The notes: generated from the letters alone by a model not told the origin. A DNA stretch of 64,000 nt from Terrimicrobiaceae bacterium (GCA_044345595.1 JBIJAV010000007.1:45135-109134), one strand, 5' to 3'; numbered from the stretch's first letter, positions 35,953 through 44,827 are shown. Numbers and translations: made by a program.

Positions 35953-37221
35953 ATGCCTGACCCCAAAAAAGAAACCGTTCGCATCGTCCTTCCCAACCGT
36001 CGTCCGGTTCCGCCCCCACCAGCCATCGGCGGCGAAGCGGCAATGATCAACCTTCCAGCCAAGCCCGTTGCCGCGACAACTGGTCTCGTTCCGCCGCCGC
36101 CACCTATCGCCGGCGCGCCCAAGCCTGTTGTTCCTAGTGGAGTCGTTCCACCAGCGCCGGTCCTCAAAATTCCTGCGATCAAACCACCCGCCGCCGCTGT
36201 TGATGCGCCGAAGATTCCAGCCGCACCCATGATTCCGAAGGCTCCTGGTTTGGTTCCGCCCGCCGCACCCGCTGTGGCGATCAAACCACCTGCCGCTACT
36301 GGCGAAGCGCCAAAGATTCCAGCAGCGCCCGTGGTTCCAAAAGCTCCCGGTTTGGTTCCGCCCGCCGCACCCGCTGTGGCGATCAAGCCACCAGCCGTCG
36401 ATGGTGAAGCACCGAAGATTCCGGCCGCGCCCGTGGTTCCAAAAGCTCCCGGTTTGGTTCCGCCTGCCGCACCTGCTGTGGCGATCAAGCCGCCTGCCGC
36501 GGTTGGTGAAGCGCCAAAGATTCCAGCAGCGCCCGTGGTTCCAAAAGCTCCCGGTTTAGTTCCGCCCGCCGCACCTGCTGTGGCGATCAAGTCGCCAGTC
36601 GCTGCTGGTGAAGCACCGAAGATTCCCGCCGCGCCCGTGGTTCCAAAGACTCCGGGCGTCGTTCCGCCCGCCGCTCCCGCAGTGGCGATCCAGGCTCCGG
36701 CTGCTACTGGCGAAACACCGAAGATACCGGTAGCACCCACTCTTCCGAAAGCTCCCGGCGCAGTTCCTGCAGCTCCTGCCGTTGCGATCAAGCCACCTGC
36801 CGCCGCTGGCGAAGCACCAAAGATTCCCGCTGCACCTGCGCTCCCGAAAGCTCCGGGCGCCGCTCCTGCGGTGGCGATCAAACCAGCTGCTCCCGCTGGT
36901 GAAGCGCCGAAGGCACCTGCCGCTCCTGAAGCTGCCAAACCTTCTGCTCCAGCAGCACCGCTTGCCGTATCCGCACCCAAGAAAGAGACCGCAAAAATCA
37001 GCCTGCCTGCTGCTGGGAAACCACTTCCCCAGGCGACAATGAATCTCAAGAAGCCTGCCGCCCCAGCCGCGCCAGCCGCCGCCGATAAAAAAGCCGCTCC
37101 AGCTGCCGAAAAGAATGTGGCCGCAGGCAAGGCCGCCGATTCCGATCTCATCCTCGGCATAGCGGCAACCGTCGTGGCATTGGCCTCGCTTGGCATCCAA
37201 ATCTGGACGATGCTCGGCTGA
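35953..37221 (+). CDS. Pro/Ala-rich tandem-repeat protein with a C-terminal transmembrane anchor
   Basis: 422 aa. About 7 repeats of a 34-aa unit (APKIPAAPVVPKAPGLVPPAAPAVAIKPPAAxGE). A KKET-x-(R/K)I-x-LP motif occurs at both ends. The C-terminal helix is LILGIAATVVALASLGIQIWTMLG. The strand was chosen over the antisense Gly/Ala ORF by context. Confidence 0.55.
   Translation: MPDPKKETVRIVLPNRRPVPPPPAIGGEAAMINLPAKPVAATTGLVPPPPPIAGAPKPVVPSGVVPPAPVLKIPAIKPPAAAVDAPKIPAAPMIPKAPGLVPPAAPAVAIKPPAATGEAPKIPAAPVVPKAPGLVPPAAPAVAIKPPAVDGEAPKIPAAPVVPKAPGLVPPAAPAVAIKPPAAVGEAPKIPAAPVVPKAPGLVPPAAPAVAIKSPVAAGEAPKIPAAPVVPKTPGVVPPAAPAVAIQAPAATGETPKIPVAPTLPKAPGAVPAAPAVAIKPPAAAGEAPKIPAAPALPKAPGAAPAVAIKPAAPAGEAPKAPAAPEAAKPSAPAAPLAVSAPKKETAKISLPAAGKPLPQATMNLKKPAAPAAPAAADKKAAPAAEKNVAAGKAADSDLILGIAATVVALASLGIQIWTMLG
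36205..36900. repeat. 102-bp tandem repeat (5 full and about 2 degenerate units) inside the Pro/Ala-rich gene
   Basis: Units start at 36205, 36307, 36409, 36511 and 36613, followed by shortened units. Confidence 0.9.
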
Positions 37222-37257
37222 CCTTTCGACTTTTAATCAACATACCACATTTCTCTT

Positions 37258-37587
37258 ATGGCCAATCCTAATGTAACCGAACTCAACGACTCGAATTTCA
37301 CCTCTTTCATCGAATCCGCCACCACCCCGGTGTTGGTTGATTTCTGGGCCCCATGGTGTGCGCCCTGCCGCATGCTTGGACCTGTGGTGGACGAGATCGC
37401 CAGCGAGAATGTGGGAAAATTTGCGATCGCCAAAGTCAATGTTGACGACGCTCCCGGCGTCTCCGCGCAGTTCGGCATCCGCAGCATCCCGTCGCTCATC
37501 TACTTCAAAGGTGGAACCAAGCAGGATCAATCGGTCGGCGTAAGCAGCAAGGGCGACATCGTCTCCAAGCTCACCGCCCTTCTCTAA
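37258..37587 (+). CDS. trxA: Thioredoxin
   Basis: VLVDFWAPWCAPCRMLGPVVDEIA...IRSIPSLIYFKGG (WCAPC active site). Confidence 0.9.
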   Translation: MANPNVTELNDSNFTSFIESATTPVLVDFWAPWCAPCRMLGPVVDEIASENVGKFAIAKVNVDDAPGVSAQFGIRSIPSLIYFKGGTKQDQSVGVSSKGDIVSKLTALL

Positions 37588-37667
37588 GCCTGATTCTCCG
37601 CGCAAATCCGGGCAAAAAACCGGCCCTGCGCGAAACGAAAAGCGCCAACTTCACAGGAATCTCTGTC

Positions 37668-38102
37668 ATGCGCATTGCCGTGATTTCCGATACCCACGGC
37701 CGGCTCCCGGAAAAAATCCTGCCCTTGCTCGCAGCGGCCGATGAGATCTGGCACCTTGGCGATTTCTGCAATCTCTCGACGCTCAGCGCCTGCATCGGCA
37801 TCGGCAGACCCTTCTACGGCGTCCTTGGCAACAACGACTTCGGCCTCGACCTCCCGCTGACACTCGACCTGGTGCGCTTTGGCAGGACATTTCACCTCAT
37901 TCACATCTTGCCCCGCAGATTGCCCGCAGCGGACTTTCTTCTATTCGGCCACACCCATGTGCCGCGCGACGAACAAGTCGGCGACTGCCGTCTTCTGAAT
38001 CCCGGCACCATCGGAAAGCCAAACAAGGGAGCCCCTCCAAGCTGGGCGTGGCTTGAGATTTTCGAAAACGGCGAGGTCTCGTGGAGCTTGAATCCGGTTT
38101 AG
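37668..38102 (+). CDS. YfcE/MJ0936-family metallophosphoesterase
   Basis: MRIAVISDTHG...HLGDF...GNND...FGHTHVP. Confidence 0.85.
   Translation: MRIAVISDTHGRLPEKILPLLAAADEIWHLGDFCNLSTLSACIGIGRPFYGVLGNNDFGLDLPLTLDLVRFGRTFHLIHILPRRLPAADFLLFGHTHVPRDEQVGDCRLLNPGTIGKPNKGAPPSWAWLEIFENGEVSWSLNPV
38031..38102 (+). repeat. Left copy of the 72-bp direct repeat (the last 24 codons of the phosphoesterase gene)
   Basis: 68 of 72 nt identical to 39855-39926. Confidence 0.9.
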
Positions 38103-38212
38103 CCCGAACTTCCGAGCGCAGTTTCTGGCTATCGTGCCTCCCCATGTCTCGGTAATAGATTGGCTTTGACATTGATTTTGTCAGAAAAACAGTGCAAGTT
38201 TCTGACGAAAAT

Positions 38213-38839
38213 ATGAACAAGCACGCCGACAGTATTGATGGCACTATCCTCGACCGCATCCGGTCCGAGTCGAAGGGCCGTGTCTGGGCGCCTGCGGACT
38301 TCCTCGACCTCGGCTCCCGTGCCGCAGTGGACCAAGCCCTCTCGCGTAATTGCAAATCCGGGCTGCTTCGGCGGGCGGGACGCGGACTTTATCATTTGCC
38401 GAAAACGCACCCTTTGCTGGGTGTCCTGGAGCCTGATTCCTCCGCCTTTCACGCTGCTCTCACCCGCAAAGACAACTCGCACATCTTTTCCACTGGCGCC
38501 CATGCGGCGAATGCACTGGGCCTCACGGATCAGGTTCCCATGCGTCCGATGCTTTTGACCACTGGCCGAAGCCGTCGAGTCAAACAGGGGAAAGGGGAAC
38601 TTATTCTCCGTCATGTTTCGCCGCGCTTCGTTTCGACGAAGAACCCTCAGAGCGCGCAAGTCATCCTCGCCCTTCGTTGGATTGGCAAACGCTTTGTTGA
38701 CGACGAGATTGTCGCGAGGCTTCGGCGCAACCTTTCACCATCCGACCGTGCCGCCTTGCTCGCCGACGCAGCCTGCGCTCCAGCTTGGATCGTGGATGTT
38801 TTCCGCCGCTTGGCGGATCAACCAGTATCCGCCTCATGA
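38213..38839 (+). CDS. Type IV TA system antitoxin, AbiEi family
   Basis: ILDRIRSESKGRVWAPADFLDLGSRAAVDQALSRNCKSGLLRRAGRGLYHLP is an AbiEi-like N-terminal wHTH. It is upstream of, and overlaps, the AbiEii gene (ATGA). Confidence 0.7.
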   Translation: MNKHADSIDGTILDRIRSESKGRVWAPADFLDLGSRAAVDQALSRNCKSGLLRRAGRGLYHLPKTHPLLGVLEPDSSAFHAALTRKDNSHIFSTGAHAANALGLTDQVPMRPMLLTTGRSRRVKQGKGELILRHVSPRFVSTKNPQSAQVILALRWIGKRFVDDEIVARLRRNLSPSDRAALLADAACAPAWIVDVFRRLADQPVSAS

Positions 38840-39852
38840 ATGCCTTCTTGGAATTGGATTTCGCCGACCGTCAACTTGGTTGCAAGGCGGTTCAGGCCGC
38901 GATGGGACTGGATGCTGCCAGTGTCGAGAAAGATTTCTGGGTCTGCTGGACGCTGCGCGAACTTTTTGCCCTTCCCGGCGTCGGCGGGCACCTCACCTTC
39001 AAAGGAGGCACCTCCCTTTCGAAGGCATGGCAACTCATCGAACGCTTTTCCGAGGACATAGACCTTATTGTGGACAAGGAAGTCCTTGGCTGTGAAGCCG
39101 CACCAGACAAAGCCACCAGCAACAAGCAGCGCAAAACCCGTCTCACAGCCCTCATGGACGCCAGTCGCCTGTGGGTGCAGGACATATTGCAGCCTGCGCT
39201 CGCCGGACGCATCGCACAACAGATTGGCCCCGTTGGCTGGATGTTGGAGGTCGATCCCGACATGCCGGACGGCCAGTGCCTATTGCTTCATTATCCCTCC
39301 GCATTTGCAAACGAGGCGGGCTACATCAAGCCCGTCGTAAAAATCGAACTCGGTGCCCGCTCGGATGACTGGCCTCATTTGAATCGCCCCATCCAGCCTT
39401 ATCTTGCAGCGCGCTTTCCGCAGTTGCTGCCGGAAGATTCTTTCCCTGTCCGCGTCCTTGCCGCTGAACGCACCTTCTGGGAAAAAGCCTGCCTGCTGCA
39501 CGAAGAAACTTTCCGCCCTCCTGACAAACCGCGAAAACTCCGCATGGCACGGCATTACTACGACCTCTGGTGCCTGATCTGCGCGGGCGTAGGTGAAAGA
39601 GCCATGGCCGACAAGGCGATCTTCGTTCGTGTCGCCGAGCACCGGGAAATCTTTTTCCGTTATGCCTGGGTTGACTACTCCACACATAAACCCGGCACCT
39701 TCAGGCTCGTTCCGCCCGCCTCCCATTTTCCGAACTGGAAAGCGGACTACGAGGCCATGCGCGGCCCCATGTTCTTCGGTGAGGCGCCATCCTTCGATGA
39801 AATCATTCGCGTCGTCAGGGAGTTCGAGAAAACCTTCAACTCCACGGTATGA
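38836..39852 (+). CDS. Nucleotidyltransferase toxin, AbiEii/AbiGii family (DUF1814)
   Basis: LTFKGGTSLSKAW...RFSEDIDLIV...RTFWEKACLLHEE...ARHYYDLWCL. Confidence 0.8.
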   Translation: MNAFLELDFADRQLGCKAVQAAMGLDAASVEKDFWVCWTLRELFALPGVGGHLTFKGGTSLSKAWQLIERFSEDIDLIVDKEVLGCEAAPDKATSNKQRKTRLTALMDASRLWVQDILQPALAGRIAQQIGPVGWMLEVDPDMPDGQCLLLHYPSAFANEAGYIKPVVKIELGARSDDWPHLNRPIQPYLAARFPQLLPEDSFPVRVLAAERTFWEKACLLHEETFRPPDKPRKLRMARHYYDLWCLICAGVGERAMADKAIFVRVAEHREIFFRYAWVDYSTHKPGTFRLVPPASHFPNWKADYEAMRGPMFFGEAPSFDEIIRVVREFEKTFNSTV

Positions 39853-39854
39853 GC

Positions 39855-39926
39855 GCCCCTCCAAGCTGGGCCTGGCTTGAGATTTTTGAAAACGGCGAAG
39901 TCTCGTGGAGCTTGAATCCGCTTTAG
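39855..39926 (+). repeat. Right copy of the 72-bp direct repeat (displaced phosphoesterase 3' end including TAG)
   Basis: In the phosphoesterase reading frame it would read APPSWAWLEIFENGEVSWSLNPL*. There are 4 mismatches to the left copy, of which 3 are synonymous. Confidence 0.9.
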
Positions 39927-39933
39927 GCGGCGT

Positions 39934-40149
39934 TCAATGGCAACCGCAACCGGTGCCGCAGGATGACGGGGCAGGGGACGCCTTGCCTTTTTGCATGAAG
40001 CCGAGGCCGCCGCTGATGATGCGACGCACGGGTTCGCCGGTCTCGGGATGTTGGGTGAGCGGTTTGTCGGTCATGCGTTGCTGGAACTCGAAAACCTTTG
40101 GCTCGGTTGAGTCGTCGGCCGGGATGGTTTCGTAAATGTAGGTGGTCAT
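39934..40149 (-). CDS. FmdB-family-like small protein lacking the zinc-ribbon cysteines
   Basis: MTTYIYE...FEFQQRMTD...HPETGEPVRRIIS aligns to the remembered FmdB pattern (MPxYEYxC..FE..Q...CPxCG...R.IS), but with Cys replaced. The Cys/Gly-rich tail is CGTGCGCH. Confidence 0.45.
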   Translation of the reverse strand: MTTYIYETIPADDSTEPKVFEFQQRMTDKPLTQHPETGEPVRRIISGGLGFMQKGKASPAPSSCGTGCGCH

Positions 40150-40679
40150 GGCTTGGTTGGAGATTTTTGAGGCACCTTAACGATGCGCGAGATGTCGTAG
40201 CCTTGCGAGCGGGCGGTTTCAAGTGCGGCGGTGTAGTCTTTTTCAGACATCACCGGCTCGCGGCTCATGATCCAGATCAGACTGCGGTCAGGATAGCCGA
40301 TGGTGGTGTGGCGGTAATCCGGCGAGAGGTCGATGACAAGGAATGGGGCTTTGAAGGGCCAGAGAAATTGCACGGCCCACTCCGCGTTGGTTTTTGTGTT
40401 CACCACAGTGGCTGTGGCCTTCATCTCTTGGCGGGGAGCTTCCAAGGATTTTTTGTGGAATGCGTAGCGGATGTCGATTTTCCCATCGGGCCGGAGCTTG
40501 TAGATATCCATGGTGCCGACATTGTTTTTTTCTACGAACCAGGGGATGGTGCCGATGACATACCAGTCGCCCATGAACTGGTTGAGATTCACATGATCCA
40601 CGGTGCGGAGGGGCGGTTGTTTGGGCATGGTGGAGCAGCCTGCGAGAGCGATGGCGGCGATGGCGAGGAGTGTTTTCAT
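40146..40679 (-). CDS. Lipocalin-family outer-membrane lipoprotein (Blc-like)
   Basis: Lipobox LAGC after MKTLLAIAAIA, then lipocalin motifs FMGDWYVIG and ...DYRHTTIGYPDRSLIWIMSREP. The stop overlaps the downstream ATG (ATGA). Confidence 0.8.
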   Translation of the reverse strand: MKTLLAIAAIALAGCSTMPKQPPLRTVDHVNLNQFMGDWYVIGTIPWFVEKNNVGTMDIYKLRPDGKIDIRYAFHKKSLEAPRQEMKATATVVNTKTNAEWAVQFLWPFKAPFLVIDLSPDYRHTTIGYPDRSLIWIMSREPVMSEKDYTAALETARSQGYDISRIVKVPQKSPTKP

Positions 40680-40747
40680 TTGGCTTCTTTGCACCCTGAT
40701 CTTCGGTCTTCCCAAAATCAAATTCCTATTTAGTTTTTGCGCTGCAC

Positions 40748-41710
40748 ATGAGTCCACTGGAATACCTCTTACAACCGGCGATCCTTTTCTTTTTGATGGG
40801 CATTCTTGCCGTGATCGTGAAATCGGATCTCGAAATTCCGGAGTCCTTCTTAAAAGTTCTTTCTCTGTATTTACTTTTTGCGCTTGGATTTAAGGGTGGA
40901 AACGAGTTGCAAAAGACGCCGCTGACCATGGAGGTGCTCTTGCCTTTATTCATAGCCACAGCGGCTTCATTTATCATCCCGCTCATTGTCTATCCGATAG
41001 TGAGAAGGAAGTTCAGTGTGCCCGACTCGGCGGCTGTGGCAGCGACCTACGGATCGGTGAGCGCGGTCACTTTTATGACAGCGGCGTCTTACCTTGATGC
41101 ACGCCAGATTCCCTTTGGTGGCTATATGGTGGCGGCACTGGCGTTGATGGAAAGTCCCGCGATTTTAACCGGCCTCGTGCTGGCGAGATGGAACGACACC
41201 AACGGCGGCAAAAATCGACTCTCTTGGGCCAGCGTTCTTCACGAGTGCCTCGCAAACAAATCCGTTCTCATTCTCATCGGCAGCCTGCTGGCGGGAATGG
41301 TCACTCCCCCATCCGGCGCGAAGGCTCTCCAGCCCTTTGTGAGCCAGCTTTTCCCAGGCATGCTTTGCTTTTTTCTTTTGGACCTCGGCCTCGTGGCCGC
41401 GCGGCGCATTGCGGATCTGCGCGCGGGAGGGATTTTTTCGGTTATCTTCGCGCTCGCTTTTCCTATCCTCTCTGGCGGTTGTGCGCTCCTCATCGCCTAC
41501 CTCTGCCACTTCCGGGAGGGTGATGCCTTTCTCTTTGCGATTCTGTGTGCAAGCGGATCCTACATCGCTGTTCCAGCAGCGTTCCGCGCCGCGCTTCCCG
41601 CCGCGAATCCCAGTGTTTATGTCGGTCTGGCACTTGGGGTCACCTTCCCATTCAACCTTCTCATAGGCATTCCGCTCGCTTATACCATCGTGCACACTGT
41701 CTGGCACTGA
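40748..41710 (+). CDS. SbtA-like sodium-dependent bicarbonate transporter family permease
   Basis: LQPAILFFLMGILAVIVKSDLEIPESFLKVLSLYLLFALGFKGGNEL matches the remembered Sbt_1 family N-terminus. Polytopic. Confidence 0.65.
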   Translation: MSPLEYLLQPAILFFLMGILAVIVKSDLEIPESFLKVLSLYLLFALGFKGGNELQKTPLTMEVLLPLFIATAASFIIPLIVYPIVRRKFSVPDSAAVAATYGSVSAVTFMTAASYLDARQIPFGGYMVAALALMESPAILTGLVLARWNDTNGGKNRLSWASVLHECLANKSVLILIGSLLAGMVTPPSGAKALQPFVSQLFPGMLCFFLLDLGLVAARRIADLRAGGIFSVIFALAFPILSGGCALLIAYLCHFREGDAFLFAILCASGSYIAVPAAFRAALPAANPSVYVGLALGVTFPFNLLIGIPLAYTIVHTVWH

Positions 41711-41737
41711 TCCCCAATTTTACCCCTTCATCCTCTT

Positions 41738-42673
41738 ATGAAAAAAACCGCACTCATTTTCTCCGGCCAAGGAGCCCAAACTGTCGGCATGGGCAAAGAC
41801 CTTGCCGCCGAGTATCCCGTAGCCGCCGATCTCTTCCGCAGCGCGGATTCGATCCTTGGCTATTCTCTCAGTCAAATCGCCTTCGAGGGGCCCGCTGAGG
41901 AACTCACCAAAACCTCCGTCTGTCAGCCCGCACTCTATGTCCACGGCCTCGCTTGCCTTGCGGTTCTCAAAGAAAAATTCCCCGCCCTCGATTTCCAAGC
42001 CACCGCCGGCCTCTCACTCGGGGAGTTCACCGCGCATGCCGCCGCCGGAACCTTCGACTTTGAAACCGGACTCCGCCTCGTGGACAAGCGCGCCCGCGCC
42101 ATGCAGGAAGCTTGCGAGGCCTCGGAGGGAGGTATGGCAGCAATAATCGGCGGCGAGGAGGACCGTGTGCGCGAGTTGGCTGCCGTCGCCGATGTGGATG
42201 TCGCAAACATCAACGCTCCAGGCCAAATCGTTCTTTCGGGCGAATCCTCAAAGATCGTCGTCGCTGTTTCCTTGGCCAAGGAATACAGCGCCAGAAAGGC
42301 CGTGGAACTTACTGTCGCCGGCGCCTTCCACTCGCGCCTTATGGAGCCTGCCTACCAGACACTCTCCGCCGCTTTGGCCGAAACGCCGATGAATTCTCCC
42401 CGCGTCCCTGTGGTTTGCAATGTGGATGCCATCAAGGCGGGCGATGCCGAAACCATCCGTCGCACACTCGCCGACCAAGTCACCGGCAGCGTCTGCTGGT
42501 CCCAAAGCGTCGAATACCTCATCGACCACCTCCACATTGAACAATTCATCGAACTCGGACCCGGTGGCGTCCTGGCCGGTCTCGTGGGCCGTATCCGCAA
42601 AGGAACACCTGTGATCTCGATCTCAAACTCCGCCACGCTCAACGAGGCTGTTGCGGCGTTGGGCGCCGTCTGA
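41738..42673 (+). CDS. fabD: Malonyl-CoA:ACP transacylase
   Basis: ALIFSGQGAQTVGMGKDL...GLSLGEFTAHAAAG...VAGAFHSRLM. Confidence 0.9.
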   Translation: MKKTALIFSGQGAQTVGMGKDLAAEYPVAADLFRSADSILGYSLSQIAFEGPAEELTKTSVCQPALYVHGLACLAVLKEKFPALDFQATAGLSLGEFTAHAAAGTFDFETGLRLVDKRARAMQEACEASEGGMAAIIGGEEDRVRELAAVADVDVANINAPGQIVLSGESSKIVVAVSLAKEYSARKAVELTVAGAFHSRLMEPAYQTLSAALAETPMNSPRVPVVCNVDAIKAGDAETIRRTLADQVTGSVCWSQSVEYLIDHLHIEQFIELGPGGVLAGLVGRIRKGTPVISISNSATLNEAVAALGAV

Positions 42674-42690
42674 ACGGACAGGCCTGCTCG

Positions 42691-43728
42691 TCAGCGTTTT
42701 TTCTCGAAAAGGTAGTGGCTCACGAGCCACTCGTTGCCGCCGCTGTAGCCCCAGAGTTCGGCGCAGGACATGAAGAAAACGCGCCAGTAGGCGCGCCACT
42801 TGGCGGTGTTTTCCTTGCCGTAGGTTTGCTCCAAAATGGGAGTGATCACAGCCTCGTTGGCGTCCATTTTTTCGAGCCAGGCTTCCGAGGTTCTTTGGTA
42901 GTGCGTGCCGCACACTCGCCAGTGGCCTCGTATGGCCAGGTCGTCCTGAAAGTAGAGCAGGAGGTCGTCAGAGGGCATGGTGCCGCCCTCGAAGAAGTAG
43001 CGGGTGATCCAGTCTGACGGGTCTTTGCCCTCGAAGTGGTAGGCAAATTCGCGGTGGGTGAAAATGTGAATGAATAGCTTCCCGCCGGGTCGCAGCCAGC
43101 GTGCGACTTTGGCCATGAGGAGTTGGTAGTTCTTCATGTGCTCAAACATCTCGACTGAAACCACGCGGTCGAAGGCGGTGTCGCCGGCTTCAAATTCATT
43201 CATGTCGGCTGTGACGATGCGCACATTTTTGAATCCCCGGCGCGCCGCCTCTGCGTCGATGTGGGCCTTTTGAGTGGAGGAGTTGGAAACGCCTGTGATG
43301 CGGGAGTTCGGGTATTTTTCCGCCATCCAGAGGGTGAGGCTTCCCCAGCCGCAGCCGAGTTCCAACACATCCTGTCCATCGGCAAGTTGAGCGCGCTCAC
43401 AGCTGAGGGCGAGCATGGCCTCCTCGGACTCGGCGAAAGTCGTGTCCTCGCGCGGCCAGTAGCCGGAGCTGTATTTCATGCGTGGGCCAAGGACGAGTTT
43501 GAAGAAATCCGTCGGCACTTCGTAGTGCTGTTCATTGGCCGCCTCGGTCTTGATGGCGATCGGGCTGCGCTTGAGTTCCTCGATGAAGGCACTCAAAGCC
43601 TCGCTCTGCGCGATGGCGTCTGGCTTTGTCTCCTCGCGGAGTTTTTTCCCCAAGAGGTTGCGGATGCCAATGCGGATGGCTGCATCGGGCAGAAGATTTC
43701 GGGCAAGAAGGTCGTCGATGGAGATCAT
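42691..43728 (-). CDS. cfa: Cyclopropane-fatty-acyl-phospholipid synthase family methyltransferase
   Basis: HYEVPTDFFKLVLGPRMKYSSGYW...VLELGCGWGSL...VSVEMFEH. Confidence 0.85.
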   Translation of the reverse strand: MISIDDLLARNLLPDAAIRIGIRNLLGKKLREETKPDAIAQSEALSAFIEELKRSPIAIKTEAANEQHYEVPTDFFKLVLGPRMKYSSGYWPREDTTFAESEEAMLALSCERAQLADGQDVLELGCGWGSLTLWMAEKYPNSRITGVSNSSTQKAHIDAEAARRGFKNVRIVTADMNEFEAGDTAFDRVVSVEMFEHMKNYQLLMAKVARWLRPGGKLFIHIFTHREFAYHFEGKDPSDWITRYFFEGGTMPSDDLLLYFQDDLAIRGHWRVCGTHYQRTSEAWLEKMDANEAVITPILEQTYGKENTAKWRAYWRVFFMSCAELWGYSGGNEWLVSHYLFEKKR

Positions 43729-44513
43729 GGTTTTTTAGGAATCCAGGGAATGAACGCGCTGGTGCGTCTTTGGTAATCGCGGTAGGCGTTCCCTCGTGTG
43801 GCGAGGGATCTGGCCTCCGACGGCGGTATGCCGGTCACGCAGGTCAGAAAATAAAGCATCAAAAGCGGGCTGGCGAGGCCAACCCAGCTCCAAGGCGAAC
43901 CCAGCGCGAAGACGAAGTAGGCGATCCAGACCACCCACTCGAAGAAATAGTTCGGATGGCGCGAGTATTTCCAAAGCCCGATATCGCACACGCGGCCTTT
44001 TAATGCCGGTTGCGCCTTGAAAAGTTTGAGCTGCATGTCGGCGATGGATTCACCGCCGATCGCTACAAGCCAAAGAATGACGCCTGCTACCTCGAAGACT
44101 CCGATACCCGGATTCGGATTCGCGCAAGCCAGCGCGATCGGAATGCTCAAAACTCCAATCAGAACCGCCTGCAGTTGGAAAAAACCAAAAAACATCAGCC
44201 AGGTGTGCTTTGGAAATTGCGTCCGCAGCGCCGCGTAGCGGGGGTCTTCTTCCGGATGATGCGACATGACGCGCTTGTAGAGGTGCATGCCGAGCCGGAA
44301 GCTCCAGGCGAAAACCATGGCCGCGATGAGGGCGTTCCGAAAGATGTGCCCGCTGCCGAAGATGCCGTAAAAAATTGCCACCGGCGTGAATCCAAATGAC
44401 CACCAGATATCCACGATCCCCGCGTTGTTCATCCGGCGAGCAAAAAACCAAACGACAACCATCATGGTCATGGCCAAGGCTGTTCCAGAGATGAGTAGTG
44501 GAAGAATATTCAA
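43725..44513 (-). CDS. DUF1295 / steroid-5-alpha-reductase-like membrane protein
   Basis: Polytopic, with GLWKYSRHPNYFFEWVVW. The stop overlaps the cfa ATG (ATGA). Confidence 0.7.
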   Translation of the reverse strand: MNILPLLISGTALAMTMMVVVWFFARRMNNAGIVDIWWSFGFTPVAIFYGIFGSGHIFRNALIAAMVFAWSFRLGMHLYKRVMSHHPEEDPRYAALRTQFPKHTWLMFFGFFQLQAVLIGVLSIPIALACANPNPGIGVFEVAGVILWLVAIGGESIADMQLKLFKAQPALKGRVCDIGLWKYSRHPNYFFEWVVWIAYFVFALGSPWSWVGLASPLLMLYFLTCVTGIPPSEARSLATRGNAYRDYQRRTSAFIPWIPKKP

Positions 44514-44624
44514 AGAATGGAAATCTATGCAGCACGCAAAACTATCCTATGCGCCCGTTATTGAAACGAAAAATGCCCAACCCGCCATCGGTAGTTCTGC
44601 AGGCGAAAATGACGCGATGCGCTC

Positions 44625-44815
44625 TGACACCGGGAGGGCCAACCTCCGGCTTGGCCCAAATATCCCCTCTGAAGCTGCCGAATCGCTGTTAGACACCTCT
44701 ATGTCCGATTGCCGCTCGAACCACACCTCTGAACGCCGCTTCGCGGCTGAAGAATGGGTCATGCCAGAGGATGAACCCTCCCATGGTTTTCGAATCGCAC
44801 TGCCGCGCGCGACTC
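44625..44815 (+). repeat. Mosaic intergenic repeat family, copy b
   Basis: Aligns over about 190 nt to 49775-49960. Core at 44743-44783; GGCCAA/TTGGCC hairpin at 44637-44656. Confidence 0.7.
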
Positions 44816-44827
44816 CACCCTAAAAAA

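Larger units (their letters stand above)
38103..39854 (+). mobile_element. AbiEi/AbiEii toxin-antitoxin islet bounded by a duplicated gene end (no recombinase gene seen)
   Basis: A two-gene insert lies between the 72-bp direct repeats. The native downstream flank resumes directly after the right copy. Confidence 0.55.

Noticed and set aside
35949-37196. 415-aa Gly/Ala-rich ORF antisense to the Pro/Ala-repeat gene.
   Set aside because: Both strands are open because of the repeat composition. The + strand was preferred for three reasons: it is co-directional with argF and trxA, it has a clean ATG, and it has bracketing KKET..LP motifs and a terminal TM helix. This remains unproven.
44547-44762. 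Small minus-strand ORFs starting M-T/S-H-F/S-S-A-A-K-R/Q-R inside the mosaic repeat cores, some preceded by GGGAGGG. They also occur at about 49903, 58660 and 659.
   Set aside because: Only the first ~10 codons are conserved and the sequences then diverge completely. Indels between copies shift the frame, and two copies lack the Shine-Dalgarno-like block. Conservation is therefore at the nucleotide level, not the protein level.
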